From the NCBI GenBank assembly GCA_016699515.1, contig CP064978.1, positions 682,554 through 746,553 of the forward strand: a stretch of DNA of 64,000 nt. Reading direction: 5' to 3'. A program made the translations under genes and the position numbers. This document shows, piece after piece, positions 49,745 through 58,436 of the stretch. Numbering within the stretch: position 1 is the stretch's first letter; each line of letters starts with the position of its first letter. A model generated the notes under the pieces. That model was not told the DNA's origin, made no database searches, and saw only the letters and a list, made by a program, of their open reading frames with translations. This DNA comes from Candidatus Peregrinibacteria bacterium. Lineage in GTDB: Bacteria > Patescibacteriota > Gracilibacteria > UM-FILTER-43-11.

Positions 49745-51162
49745 TTTTGCCAAATTAATAATTCGGAACGTTCTCCGCATTGATCGGAGAATACAATGTC
49801 TGCACCGTTACGCGGTGACATTTTCATAAGTTTTTGTCTGTACTTATCTACTGGGTCTTGGATGATAAACAGATCTCTGCCTTCTTTTGAAATAACGAGA
49901 CGGTAAATGAAGTATCTTTCTCCAAAGCTCTCTGCAGCGCTCCATTCATTTGGAGTTAAATGAACATTGTAAAAGTTTAATTTTTTGCTACTGATTGTGC
50001 TTTTAACTTCAATGCAACGCGTTCGTTCGTCAAATTCAACTGATTGAATATCAAATCCCATTGCAAAATGATTTGGGATTTTTTTGATCAACCTTATCAA
50101 GTCCTCACGTCCACCGACCTTCAATCTCATGCTTTCGTGACCAACAATAAGGTTTTCACCTAAGTCCCCGATATTCTTTGTTCGCGAATCTCCTCTTTCG
50201 ATGTCCTCATGCAAACTCGCGATAGCACCTTGAACCAAGGTTTCATAAGTCTCTTCTTTAATGCCAAGATATTTAAGAACATCGGTTTTAAAGAGATCGC
50301 TTCCCAAATCTCTATTTACAAAATGAAACCACTCATCTTGCAATGCCGAGATATCTTCAGATTTCAGCGAAGGATCGCCATAAAACTTGTCATAAAGAGA
50401 AAATCTTTCCGTAGAAGTAAGAAACTTTGTAATTGCTTCACGCTCACCCCAATTAATAACATAATTATTACCTCTTATTTCAAGAAGGTTTGCCAGCACC
50501 ATGTAATCAAGAATGTCCCCAGCATATCTGACAACATCGCCACTCCAATCATACTGGGTATTTGTTTTTCTGTTATCTGTAATTAATTTTAATGCTTCTG
50601 ATGCTCCCAACTGCCCTGTGGTAAATCTAAGGTCATTAAAAATACAGTGGGTTAGTTCGGCCTTGGTCAAATAAAATCTTTTTTCTCCACCATCAGTTGC
50701 TAATGCTTTTTCGCCGATTTCCAATAATTTTAAAATAAATTGGACTGGCTTAAATTTTATCCCAGCATTAATGCACTTCACTGATTCATGTGGTTTTAGA
50801 TGCCCACCAGGATATTGGAAACGAAATAAAAAATACTTAAAAAACTCAACCAAATCTTGATTTTCAGCTAACTTAAAAGCAATGTGTCCAGTTTTGTATT
50901 GGTCACCATCAGTCTCTACCAAGCCAAACAGGGAAGAAATTTCTGTTCGCCAGTTCTTTATTGTTTTTTCTTCTTTGGTGGCATTTTCTGGAAAGAGTCT
51001 TATCACACCATCGAACTTTGCGATAAATTCCTTCTTCTCGGCAGGTTTCATCTTACTGAGTTCAGTAGCCATGAAAATCAAAACCTCCTCGACATTGTTT
51101 TTGAATCGAGGCCTAATATGGTGTAGACGAAAATAAAATTGTTCGGGTGTTTGATATTTCAT
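49741..51162 (-). CDS. DUF3883-type (PD-(D/E)XK-like) putative restriction endonuclease
   Basis: The C-terminal block, GDLGENLIVGHE...GFDIQSV...CIEVKST...LTPNEWSAAESFGERYFIYRL, matches the DUF3883 pattern as I recall it. The N-terminal 330 aa or so are unassigned. The gene is sandwiched between two m5C MTases. Confidence 0.55.
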   Translation of the reverse strand: MKYQTPEQFYFRLHHIRPRFKNNVEEVLIFMATELSKMKPAEKKEFIAKFDGVIRLFPENATKEEKTIKNWRTEISSLFGLVETDGDQYKTGHIAFKLAENQDLVEFFKYFLFRFQYPGGHLKPHESVKCINAGIKFKPVQFILKLLEIGEKALATDGGEKRFYLTKAELTHCIFNDLRFTTGQLGASEALKLITDNRKTNTQYDWSGDVVRYAGDILDYMVLANLLEIRGNNYVINWGEREAITKFLTSTERFSLYDKFYGDPSLKSEDISALQDEWFHFVNRDLGSDLFKTDVLKYLGIKEETYETLVQGAIASLHEDIERGDSRTKNIGDLGENLIVGHESMRLKVGGREDLIRLIKKIPNHFAMGFDIQSVEFDERTRCIEVKSTISSKKLNFYNVHLTPNEWSAAESFGERYFIYRLVISKEGRDLFIIQDPVDKYRQKLMKMSPRNGADIVFSDQCGERSELLIWQK

Positions 51163-51163
51163 G

Positions 51164-52228
51164 TTATTGGTTTAAAAAAACGGACAGCTGTTTTGCCAGT
51201 ATTTCACCAAGCAGAGGGGGAACAGCATTGCCGACCTGCTTTGCTTGTCCTGTCGACGTTCCGTGAAAAATAAAACTATCTGGAAATGACTGGATTCTGG
51301 CTGCTTCTCTGGGCGTAGGTATACGATTGTATTTGTAATGAAAATGATGTCGGTGTCCAGTATCTATCGTAAAGCTGGGCTTTGCACTATTCAATCTAGT
51401 CCACGCAATATTTACTTTTCGCGTATCTCTTAAATTCTCGGGTAAATTTTTATAATTTCCACCATCTGGAACGAGTGAAATTATCTTAACAGTTTGATCA
51501 CTGTGCTTGCATGTCTGATGGTTATACAAGCCATCACTTTCAGCTCGCATCAAGCGTTGATATTCAGATGTTGGGTTTGTATTATATTTTGATCCGTCAA
51601 CGACTGAGCCTTCTGGTAGATCAGAGATAGCATCATTAGCGGTGATTTTACTTTTCAAATTTTCTCCAAAAATAGGTTTGGGAAATTCAAAAGTTTTACC
51701 ATTCAATAGACCTATAAATACAACTCTTTTCCTGTTTTGCGGCACTCCATAATCCGAGGCCAGTAAAACTTTATAGGAAACTGTATAGCCGAGAGATGTA
51801 AAATCTTCTAAAATCTTTTCTTTTATTTTACCGCCTCCCATTGCAATTAAATTCGGGACATTCTCCATTAAAAATGCTTTTGGTTTAAAATATGAAACAA
51901 AATTAACAAACCCTTTGTATAGAAAATTTCTGGGATCTTCCGTTAGACGCTTTCCAGATATTGAAAAACCTTGGCATGGGGGGCCACCTATAATGACATC
52001 AACATTTTTTACTTTGTATTGATTTGCAATTTCTTGGGGTGTGGTCTTGCTCAAATCGCCCAAGTGAGTCTCGGCTCCATTATGATTAGCTTTGAAAGTT
52101 TTGAGAGACTGTTCCCAATTATCAATACCAAGTAAAACTTGATAACCAGCTTTTTCAAATCCAAAAGAAAGACCGCCGCAGCCGCAAAATAAATCGATTA
52201 TTGTAGGTTTTTTTGATGTCTTGACCAT
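51164..52228 (-). CDS. DNA (cytosine-5) methyltransferase
   Basis: The motifs are I DLFCGCGG, IV GGPPCQGFS, VI ENVPNL, VIII QNRKRVVF, IX EAARIQSFPDSF and X GNAVPP. ATG 52228 is preferred over the tracked GTG 52249. Confidence 0.85.
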   Translation of the reverse strand: MVKTSKKPTIIDLFCGCGGLSFGFEKAGYQVLLGIDNWEQSLKTFKANHNGAETHLGDLSKTTPQEIANQYKVKNVDVIIGGPPCQGFSISGKRLTEDPRNFLYKGFVNFVSYFKPKAFLMENVPNLIAMGGGKIKEKILEDFTSLGYTVSYKVLLASDYGVPQNRKRVVFIGLLNGKTFEFPKPIFGENLKSKITANDAISDLPEGSVVDGSKYNTNPTSEYQRLMRAESDGLYNHQTCKHSDQTVKIISLVPDGGNYKNLPENLRDTRKVNIAWTRLNSAKPSFTIDTGHRHHFHYKYNRIPTPREAARIQSFPDSFIFHGTSTGQAKQVGNAVPPLLGEILAKQLSVFLNQ

Positions 52229-52235
52229 GGGATTG

Positions 52236-52286
52236 ATTATAAAGTCCACTTGATAATAATTATACGGTTTTAAAAAATAAATTCAA
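52236..52286 (-). promoter_or_regulatory. sigma70-like promoter elements upstream of the island
   Basis: On the minus strand, TTGAAT (52281-52286) is followed by 16 nt and then TATAAT (52259-52264). A second TATAAT lies at 52236-52241, 8 nt before ATG 52228, so a leaderless start is possible. Confidence 0.4.
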
Positions 52287-52316
52287 CCCTTTAACCTGTG
52301 GATAGAAAGCCCCTGA

Positions 52317-53087
52317 TCAATCCTCGATATATGGCATGTAACTATGTCTACAATTCGGATGAATCGGCAATTCGGGTGCTTTATCGTACCCATTACTCTT
52401 CCCAGTCAGACTATAGACCTTGCCTTCATAGGGCTGGCAAATTGGACAGGCAGTAGCGTGCGTTGATATTTCGACCAGATCAACGTTGTTGGAAAGCAGA
52501 CGGTTTTTTGTGCCTTCGCCATTGGCTTTTATCACATGCGTGCGCACGAGCATTTCGGCATAGCTATCGATACTCCATCTTTTTCCGCCACGATCAACAA
52601 GTGCCGTAAAGCCAGTGTCTTCGATGAGTCCTTTTACCTCACGCTTCACGTTTGCTAACGCTTCACCCTGAAGTTGCCCCGAGACGATTTGCTCATTGAT
52701 CTTCTTTTTCACAATCTCACTCACAAACCCTCGACCAGCACGCCGCACGCCTTCAATACCAGCAGCAAAATCAAGATAAGCGTCTTCGGTTAATGCTTGA
52801 ATGGCTTCTTTGTGCACTTGCCCAAAACCCATCTTGTCGAACGTAAGTCCGAGCTTGCCAGCGTCATCTACGGCTTGTTGACTGCCTTTCTTGTATTCCT
52901 GTGGAATCTCGATCACCAGCCAGTTCTTCGTTTCGCGCTCAAGATCGGCAGCGATCTTGTTGATGTCTCCCATAATAACTTTTCGAATCAGGATGATCGG
53001 CTGTCTCGGGGCGGCTCTTTTGACCGTTGTTGCCAACCGTTTCGTTGCTCGGCGGTAAATGTTGATGAGTTTTGTTTCGTTGGCCAT
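52317..53087 (-). CDS. head morphogenesis protein (SPP1 gp7 / Mu F family)
   Basis: The start was trimmed to MANETKLINIY. The C-terminal motif CPICQPYEGKVY...PIHPNCRHSYMPY is typical of the family. Confidence 0.75.
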   Translation of the reverse strand: MANETKLINIYRRATKRLATTVKRAAPRQPIILIRKVIMGDINKIAADLERETKNWLVIEIPQEYKKGSQQAVDDAGKLGLTFDKMGFGQVHKEAIQALTEDAYLDFAAGIEGVRRAGRGFVSEIVKKKINEQIVSGQLQGEALANVKREVKGLIEDTGFTALVDRGGKRWSIDSYAEMLVRTHVIKANGEGTKNRLLSNNVDLVEISTHATACPICQPYEGKVYSLTGKSNGYDKAPELPIHPNCRHSYMPYIED

Positions 53088-53089
53088 AG

Positions 53090-53281
53090 TTAAAAAATTA
53101 GGAATGCAAACCTTACTGTCACAATCATCGTGAAAACAAAAACGAGCAGAAGGAGGTGGAAGACCAGAGCAACTTTCACATACCGCTGCCAATTGCGGTC
53201 GATATTTTCCAGCCGTTTTTGCAGCACTTCCTCTGAGGTCAGGTGCTTTTGGTAAGGATTAGGATAGGTGTTGTAGCTCAT
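53090..53281 (-). CDS. small membrane protein (hypothetical)
   Basis: 63 aa. The C-terminal TM segment is VALVFHLLLLVFVFTMIVTV. Confidence 0.4.
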   Translation of the reverse strand: MSYNTYPNPYQKHLTSEEVLQKRLENIDRNWQRYVKVALVFHLLLLVFVFTMIVTVRFAFLIF

Positions 53282-53292
53282 ACGGTATCGGG

Positions 53293-54709
53293 TTAAAGGC
53301 TAATTTCAGGCACTTGTTTACGCGCCTGATCCATTTGATAGTTCGACATTTCATCCTGCTTCGCGATCTTGTCGAGTTCGTTTTGCAATGTCTCGCCCTC
53401 AAGCCCCTTGAGCTCACGGATTGCCGTTTCTTTGCTCTCCATTCCGCTTTCAACCATGATTTGGTGAGTCTGTGCTTCGGAAAACAAATCACGCGGCAAT
53501 CCCAAATCCCATACGAAGGAAATATCCACGTTGTCTGGGAATTTTTTCGCGCCTTCAAAGAAGAGTGCGGTCTTCAAAATATCAATCAGTTTTGCCTCGT
53601 AGCTTCGTTGTTTGCGCTTGATCTTCTTGAGAAACGCGGCCATGCGCAGTTTCGCCGTTTCTACCTTTTCCACTCCGCCTTTGTCTTCCAGTCCCAAGAA
53701 TGACACAGGCGTTTGAGTAACCGTGCAGATTTGTCTAATAAGACCTTCGATCTGCTTGAATCCTTCCTCGATCAGTGGATTCGAATTGGTGATGTACTGC
53801 GGAACGATGTCGCCCTTTTCAACGAGGAAGATATCTTGTGTGCTATCCATTTCGCCCTTCTTGCTTAGCACGCCTTCGCCAACTGCTACTTTTGAATTCA
53901 GGTGCTTGATGAGCTGCACGGATATTTGCGTGATGCGATCGTTTATTTCCTCGAACAAATTCATCACGCTTTCGTAAGCGGAAATGCCAAAGCGTTCCTT
54001 TACCGTCTTGAAATTGTCGATCTGGAAAATCGGTATGTAATCCAGCTCCGTATCTTCCTCGGCTGGCAAGTCAGCACTGAATAGTGCGAGCTCGGTCAGC
54101 TGCGATTGCTTCATGTCGGGCGTGGTCGTCCAGAGTTCGTGGACGATCTTGCCTTTGTTGTTTTCTAGCTTGTGAATCTGTTTGTAGAGGAAGGTTTCTT
54201 TCTTTTGGTTCTTCGGATTCACGAGGTCGATGTAAGAAGCGATTACGATCTGCCGTGGTTCTTCGCCAAGACGCACACCCGTGAAGTCTGGGTAGTAGTT
54301 GTCGTACGGTATTTCTTCGATAATGGCCGTCTTATCCTTTTGCCGCACGGCGATAACCGCGAAGCCTGCCACGTCCTGCATGACGGCGCTTTGGTAAAGC
54401 TTTTCGTCGAGGTAATTGTTCTGAATGATGGCGTTGATTTTTCTTTTCCGTCGGCTTTTGTTCTTCGGATTCGTTGGTCTGAATTTTCAATTGCTCGCCG
54501 AACAGAAAGTCGGCCGCCGTCAACGAGATGATCTGGCCGACGTTGTATGCGAGATAGAGCAGTGTTTTCTTTTTGGTATCTTCCTCGAAATAACTCTTGA
54601 GTTTGAAGACCTTGCTATGAAGTCCTTTGAACACGTTGTAGTAATTATTCAGTTTTGCCACGCGATTAAAGTCTTCGTTGGTCGGAAATTGTGTTGAGAT
54701 GTCGCTCAT
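53293..54709 (-). CDS. portal protein, frameshift at a T5/A5 run (54438-54442)
   Basis: ORFs 54332..54709 and 53293..54381 join as ...KPTEKKINAIIQNNYLDEKLYQSAVMQDVAGFAV if the A5 run is A4. The gene sits between TerL and MuF, and the combined length is about 470 aa. Confidence 0.75.
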
Positions 54710-54765
54710 ATGATTATTGTTAAATGATTAAAGTCCGAGGTCGTGACGGTTGAGGTTCACGTCGG

Positions 54766-56109
54766 TTATTTTTCTTGCTTTATAAAGTGCGAGGCGAGGC
54801 TGTCGGGATAATCGTCATGCGCTCCCGCTTTTTCTGGGTGATGGCAGGACAAGAATTCGCCCTTGTATTCCTTGATCATCTCGATCATCTGATTTTCGAA
54901 CTTAGGAGCGTACTTGTGACCGTTTTGGTATACGAGTTCTTCGTCACGCAGGATTTTGATCAGGTTCTTGTAGAGCGTGTCCTTGTTCTGCAGGCTGAAT
55001 TTCACTGGCTCGGTGTTGTATCGTGTTTGCTTCTTGAAGTTGTCGACCACTGGATCGCCGACACCCGTAGCGTCGATGCAGACCTTCATGACGTGCTTAA
55101 ACTTGGTAAGTTCCTTCGCCACAATCTCGACCTGTTCGGTATAGTCATCGCCCTTCATTGCCAACCAGCACAGGACTTTGTACTTTTTGAGGTCTTCGTC
55201 CCAACCTACAACCGTGACCACGCTTTCGTCCTGCTCTTTGGCAATATCCCAGCCCACATAGACTGGATTTTCGTACGGAAGTTTTACGCTGTAGTCTCGG
55301 CCGAGTTTTTCGAGATCGGCCTTGGTGATAAGCATTCCGCGCCCGATCTTCCATTCAAGTGCATACTGTGTTTGGAAGTAGTCGCTGTCTTCGCGGTAAC
55401 GTTCCTTTTCGCCTTCGATAAAGTCTTTGTACTTGCGGTGCAGTGGGTTCTTCGTTTTGCCATACAGCCTTTCTTTGTCTTCGATCACATGTTTGTAGTC
55501 GTACTTGAAGACGTTCTTGCCGTTCTCAATTCCTTTGTAGAAATTGCAGAGCTGATATCCGCCCGAGCCGATGAATATCTTGCTGCCATTGGTTGAAGCG
55601 AGCATCGGGAATACTTCATTCTTTGCCTTTTCGTCATCGATCTTTTGAGCTTCTTCGATAATAGCCAAGTGCAGCGATTTACTTTCAAGGTGCGAGGTGG
55701 GAGCAAGCGAAAAACAGTAGATGACGTTGCCGTTCCCGAGTTTCAGCGTTGTGCCGTTTGATTCTTCGAAGTCGAGCTTGAACAAACTTTTCAGAATCCG
55801 CAGGTTGTCCTTGAGTCTGTCGAAGTCCGTTTTTGCCTGTTCTTTTTGAGGAGCGAATATCCCGATGGACAAGGGTGTCGGGAAGAAGTGGTGGGCAAAG
55901 GTCATGAGATACGCGATCGCGTCCACAACCGCCGTTGTCTTTCCAGCTTGGCGTGACACTTCGATAAAGATTTCCTCGCCGTGGGTAGCAAAAACAGTGC
56001 TGATGATTTGCTGGGCAATCGTCCGCTGGTAATCCGTGAATGGACGCTTGAAGTATTTCTCTCCGAACGCATTCAGTCCGCGATATGTTTTTGGCAGGTC
56101 TATGATCAT
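54766..56109 (-). CDS. terL: terminase large subunit
   Basis: 447 aa. The Walker A-like motif is VSRQAGKTT and an acidic LAIIEEAQ Walker B follows. The C-terminal nuclease-like half contains DIAKEQDESV. Confidence 0.8.
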   Translation of the reverse strand: MIIDLPKTYRGLNAFGEKYFKRPFTDYQRTIAQQIISTVFATHGEEIFIEVSRQAGKTTAVVDAIAYLMTFAHHFFPTPLSIGIFAPQKEQAKTDFDRLKDNLRILKSLFKLDFEESNGTTLKLGNGNVIYCFSLAPTSHLESKSLHLAIIEEAQKIDDEKAKNEVFPMLASTNGSKIFIGSGGYQLCNFYKGIENGKNVFKYDYKHVIEDKERLYGKTKNPLHRKYKDFIEGEKERYREDSDYFQTQYALEWKIGRGMLITKADLEKLGRDYSVKLPYENPVYVGWDIAKEQDESVVTVVGWDEDLKKYKVLCWLAMKGDDYTEQVEIVAKELTKFKHVMKVCIDATGVGDPVVDNFKKQTRYNTEPVKFSLQNKDTLYKNLIKILRDEELVYQNGHKYAPKFENQMIEMIKEYKGEFLSCHHPEKAGAHDDYPDSLASHFIKQEK

Positions 56110-56456
56110 TCGTCTTTTGATAATAATTTGGCCAGCTCGATGGTCGGGTCTTCGAATTGGAGTTGCTGTTTCATCATGTATTTATGATTTCGGGTCTGCA
56201 GATAGAAGCGCACCATGTTCATGTCTTTGTTCACGATGATGGCTTCCGCAAGCCTGTCTTCGGCGATGATTCCGATTTCGATGTACCGTATTTCCTCTGA
56301 TTTCTGGTAAAAATCAGGATCGTCCTTTTGCCATCGGTAAAAAGTCATCGAGCTGATGTTCACTTCTTTGCAGGCAAGCGTAACAATTCCTTTGCGGCGT
56401 TGGAGCGCCTCAAGGAAGAGTTTTTTGTCCCGAGCTGTAGTTTTCTTGCCTTGCAT
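56106..56456 (-). CDS. terS: terminase small subunit (HTH)
   Basis: 116 aa. The HTH is GIVTLACKEVNISSMTFYRWQK. An ATGA overlap couples it to terL. Confidence 0.65.
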   Translation of the reverse strand: MQGKKTTARDKKLFLEALQRRKGIVTLACKEVNISSMTFYRWQKDDPDFYQKSEEIRYIEIGIIAEDRLAEAIIVNKDMNMVRFYLQTRNHKYMMKQQLQFEDPTIELAKLLSKDE

Positions 56457-56503
56457 AAAAGTGAGTTAGTAAGCACCCCTGTCCGTGTAACAAGTGTCAC
56501 ATG

Positions 56504-57760
56504 TCAGGAGGATTTTTGAGCCTTCTTGCCCGTGAAGTCTTCCCAGCGTTTTACGATCACGTCGACGTATTTCGGGTCGAGTTCCATGCCGTAAGATACG
56601 CGGTGGGTTTTCTCGCAGGCAATCAAAGCGGAGCCTGATCCCATGAAGAGGTCGAGCACGATGTCACCAGATTTACTGCTGTTTACGATGGCGTAAGAGA
56701 CCAGCTCCACGGGTTTCTGGGTCGGATGGACGTATTCCTGCACATTACTGCGCGACATACTCCATACAGTCGTTTTGCCCTGCGTTTCATAGCGCTTCAT
56801 TCGTTGCGCCCATGCCAAGAGTTCCTTTTCTGATTTCTGGAAGTCCCACACGGTGGAGTGCGAGCGGTCGCCGTAAAACTGCGTTTTCTCGCCTTTGATT
56901 CCCGCGTAGAAGAACGGTTCATGTTTCCAGCGGTAATCACCCCAGCCGAGCGCGCTTGATGGCTTATTCCAGATGAGCTGGCTCTTCACTTCGAATCCCG
57001 TCTTTTCCAAGGCGCCTTCGAATTGCCGTTGTGTTGATGAGCTATGGAAGACATAAATGCCCGAACCATTCTTCATCGCTTCGCGGTAGTTCTGGAATGA
57101 CTTGGTCAGAAACGCCACGAAAGCGTCATCGCTCATATTGTCATTCTTGATGTGATTCTTAGCCTTTTCGCCCGTGCCTTTGTAGTTCACGTTGTACGGC
57201 GGATCGGTGAAGACCATGTCCGCTTTGTGGCCGTTCATGAGCTTAGCCACGTCTTCCTTGCTGGTCGAGTCTCCGCACATCAGGCGGTGCTCGCCGAGCA
57301 GGTAGATTTCACCGAGTTTTGAAACGGCCGTTTCTGGCAGCTCTGGCACTTCATCGTCTTTGTCGTCGGGATCAAGGTTCAGAAAGAGTTGGTCGATTTC
57401 AGACGAATCAAAACCGACGTCGAGCAGCATTTCTTCATCGAAGTTTGCAAGCAAATCCATATCCCAGTGTCCCAAGTTTTTGTTGAGACGCAGGTTAAGT
57501 TCCTTTTCCTTTTCGATGTCGCTAATTTTGAGGTAATGCACGGGCACTTCCTTGATGCCCATTTGCTTTGCCATGCGCACGCGGAAGTGTCCGCCGATGA
57601 TGATGTTCTTGCGCTTTTCAGCGCTGTTCACGATCACGGGTTCCACAAAGCCAAAGCGCTCAATGGATTTCCTGAGTTCTTGCTCTTCCTTTTCGGTCGA
57701 GGCACGCGGGTTGTAGTCCGCAAAGATGAGTTGTTCTATGTTTACTTGTTCGATTTTCAT
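56504..57760 (-). CDS. ParB-like nuclease domain fused to an N6-adenine or N4-cytosine DNA methyltransferase
   Basis: The N-terminus, NPRASTEKE...GGHFRVRMAK, is ParB-like. Motif IV is FTDPPYN and motif I is LDLFMGSGSALIACEK. That order indicates the beta class. Confidence 0.8.
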   Translation of the reverse strand: MKIEQVNIEQLIFADYNPRASTEKEEQELRKSIERFGFVEPVIVNSAEKRKNIIIGGHFRVRMAKQMGIKEVPVHYLKISDIEKEKELNLRLNKNLGHWDMDLLANFDEEMLLDVGFDSSEIDQLFLNLDPDDKDDEVPELPETAVSKLGEIYLLGEHRLMCGDSTSKEDVAKLMNGHKADMVFTDPPYNVNYKGTGEKAKNHIKNDNMSDDAFVAFLTKSFQNYREAMKNGSGIYVFHSSSTQRQFEGALEKTGFEVKSQLIWNKPSSALGWGDYRWKHEPFFYAGIKGEKTQFYGDRSHSTVWDFQKSEKELLAWAQRMKRYETQGKTTVWSMSRSNVQEYVHPTQKPVELVSYAIVNSSKSGDIVLDLFMGSGSALIACEKTHRVSYGMELDPKYVDVIVKRWEDFTGKKAQKSS

Positions 57761-57772
57761 AGGGGTAAAATT

Positions 57773-57817
57773 AAAAAAAGACCATGCGACGCCCGATTTT
57801 TCGGGCAGATGGTCTTT
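57773..57817 (-). terminator. intrinsic terminator between the early/replication and packaging modules
   Basis: On the minus strand, AAAGACCAT pairs with ATGGTCTTT, with an inner GCCCG/CGGGC stem. A T7 run follows. Confidence 0.7.
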
Positions 57818-57857
57818 AAGACTTGGGTTGCGATATTTGCTTGATTATAGGCCGAGC

Positions 57858-58061
57858 CTACGAGCTTTCAAGCAATTCGGGCAGTTCCTCAAAGAGGGAC
57901 TTTGACGTGACAGTTACGACTTTAAACTCTCCGTTCTCAAACTTATAATACCAAAATTTCTTATTTCGGTCTTTGATTTCAATAAGCGGAGCCCCTTCTT
58001 TTACGAGGTATTTGAAGAGGATGTAGTTGCCGCGTGCCGTTTTGATAGGGATATTTTCCAT
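57858..58061 (-). CDS. hypothetical protein
   Basis: 67-aa ORF with no recognised motif. Confidence 0.35.
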   Translation of the reverse strand: MENIPIKTARGNYILFKYLVKEGAPLIEIKDRNKKFWYYKFENGEFKVVTVTSKSLFEELPELLESS

Positions 58062-58065
58062 AACT

Positions 58066-58428
58066 TTAAGTTTCCAAAAATGTAAAATCTTTGTGCTTGA
58101 AGAGCAGAAGTTTTCTTTTCAAGCGATAGACGGGATGATTTTTCGTGATTACTGATTTCACGTCTTCGACAATCTTTTCGCCGCCCCTGGCGGTGTAGCT
58201 GAAATCCGCGACGTATTCGATTTTGCGTTCCGCTTTGCCCTCATGTTTGAATGACGGCAATAACTCGAAGCGCGGTTGCACCTTCAGGTTTTTGATCTCG
58301 CCAGACCTTTGCAGAAGCTTGAGCTCCATGTAGCGTCGAGCCTCTTTGGCGCTGGCAAATTCGATACCGTCGACCGTTGTTTTGCGGTTTCCGAATTTGT
58401 TGCCGTTGTTGTGGTAAAAATGTCTCAT
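58066..58428 (-). CDS. DUF1064-family protein (putative endonuclease/resolvase common in phage replication modules)
   Basis: The sequence GIEFASAKEARRYMELKLLQRSGEIKNLKVQPRFEL...YVADFSY fits the family pattern as I recall it. Confidence 0.6.
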   Translation of the reverse strand: MRHFYHNNGNKFGNRKTTVDGIEFASAKEARRYMELKLLQRSGEIKNLKVQPRFELLPSFKHEGKAERKIEYVADFSYTARGGEKIVEDVKSVITKNHPVYRLKRKLLLFKHKDFTFLET

Positions 58429-58436
58429 GGTATTTG

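Larger units (their letters stand above)
44849..52290 (-). other. AT-rich cargo island (candidate defence/exclusion cassette) inside the late operon
   Basis: Six co-oriented ORFs are separated by gaps of -11 to +63 nt. Promoter-like hexamers lie upstream and a terminator lies downstream. Hand counts of 60-nt samples give 38% GC (46021-46080) and 25% GC (50701-50760) inside the island. Flanking head genes give 50% (43501-43560) and 50% (53401-53460). Confidence 0.7.

Noticed and set aside
52229-52249. The GTG start at 52249 for the first island MTase.
   Set aside because: ATG 52228 gives the usual short N-terminus before motif I. It also leaves room for the -10 hexamers. Either start is possible, so the confidence in this choice is low.
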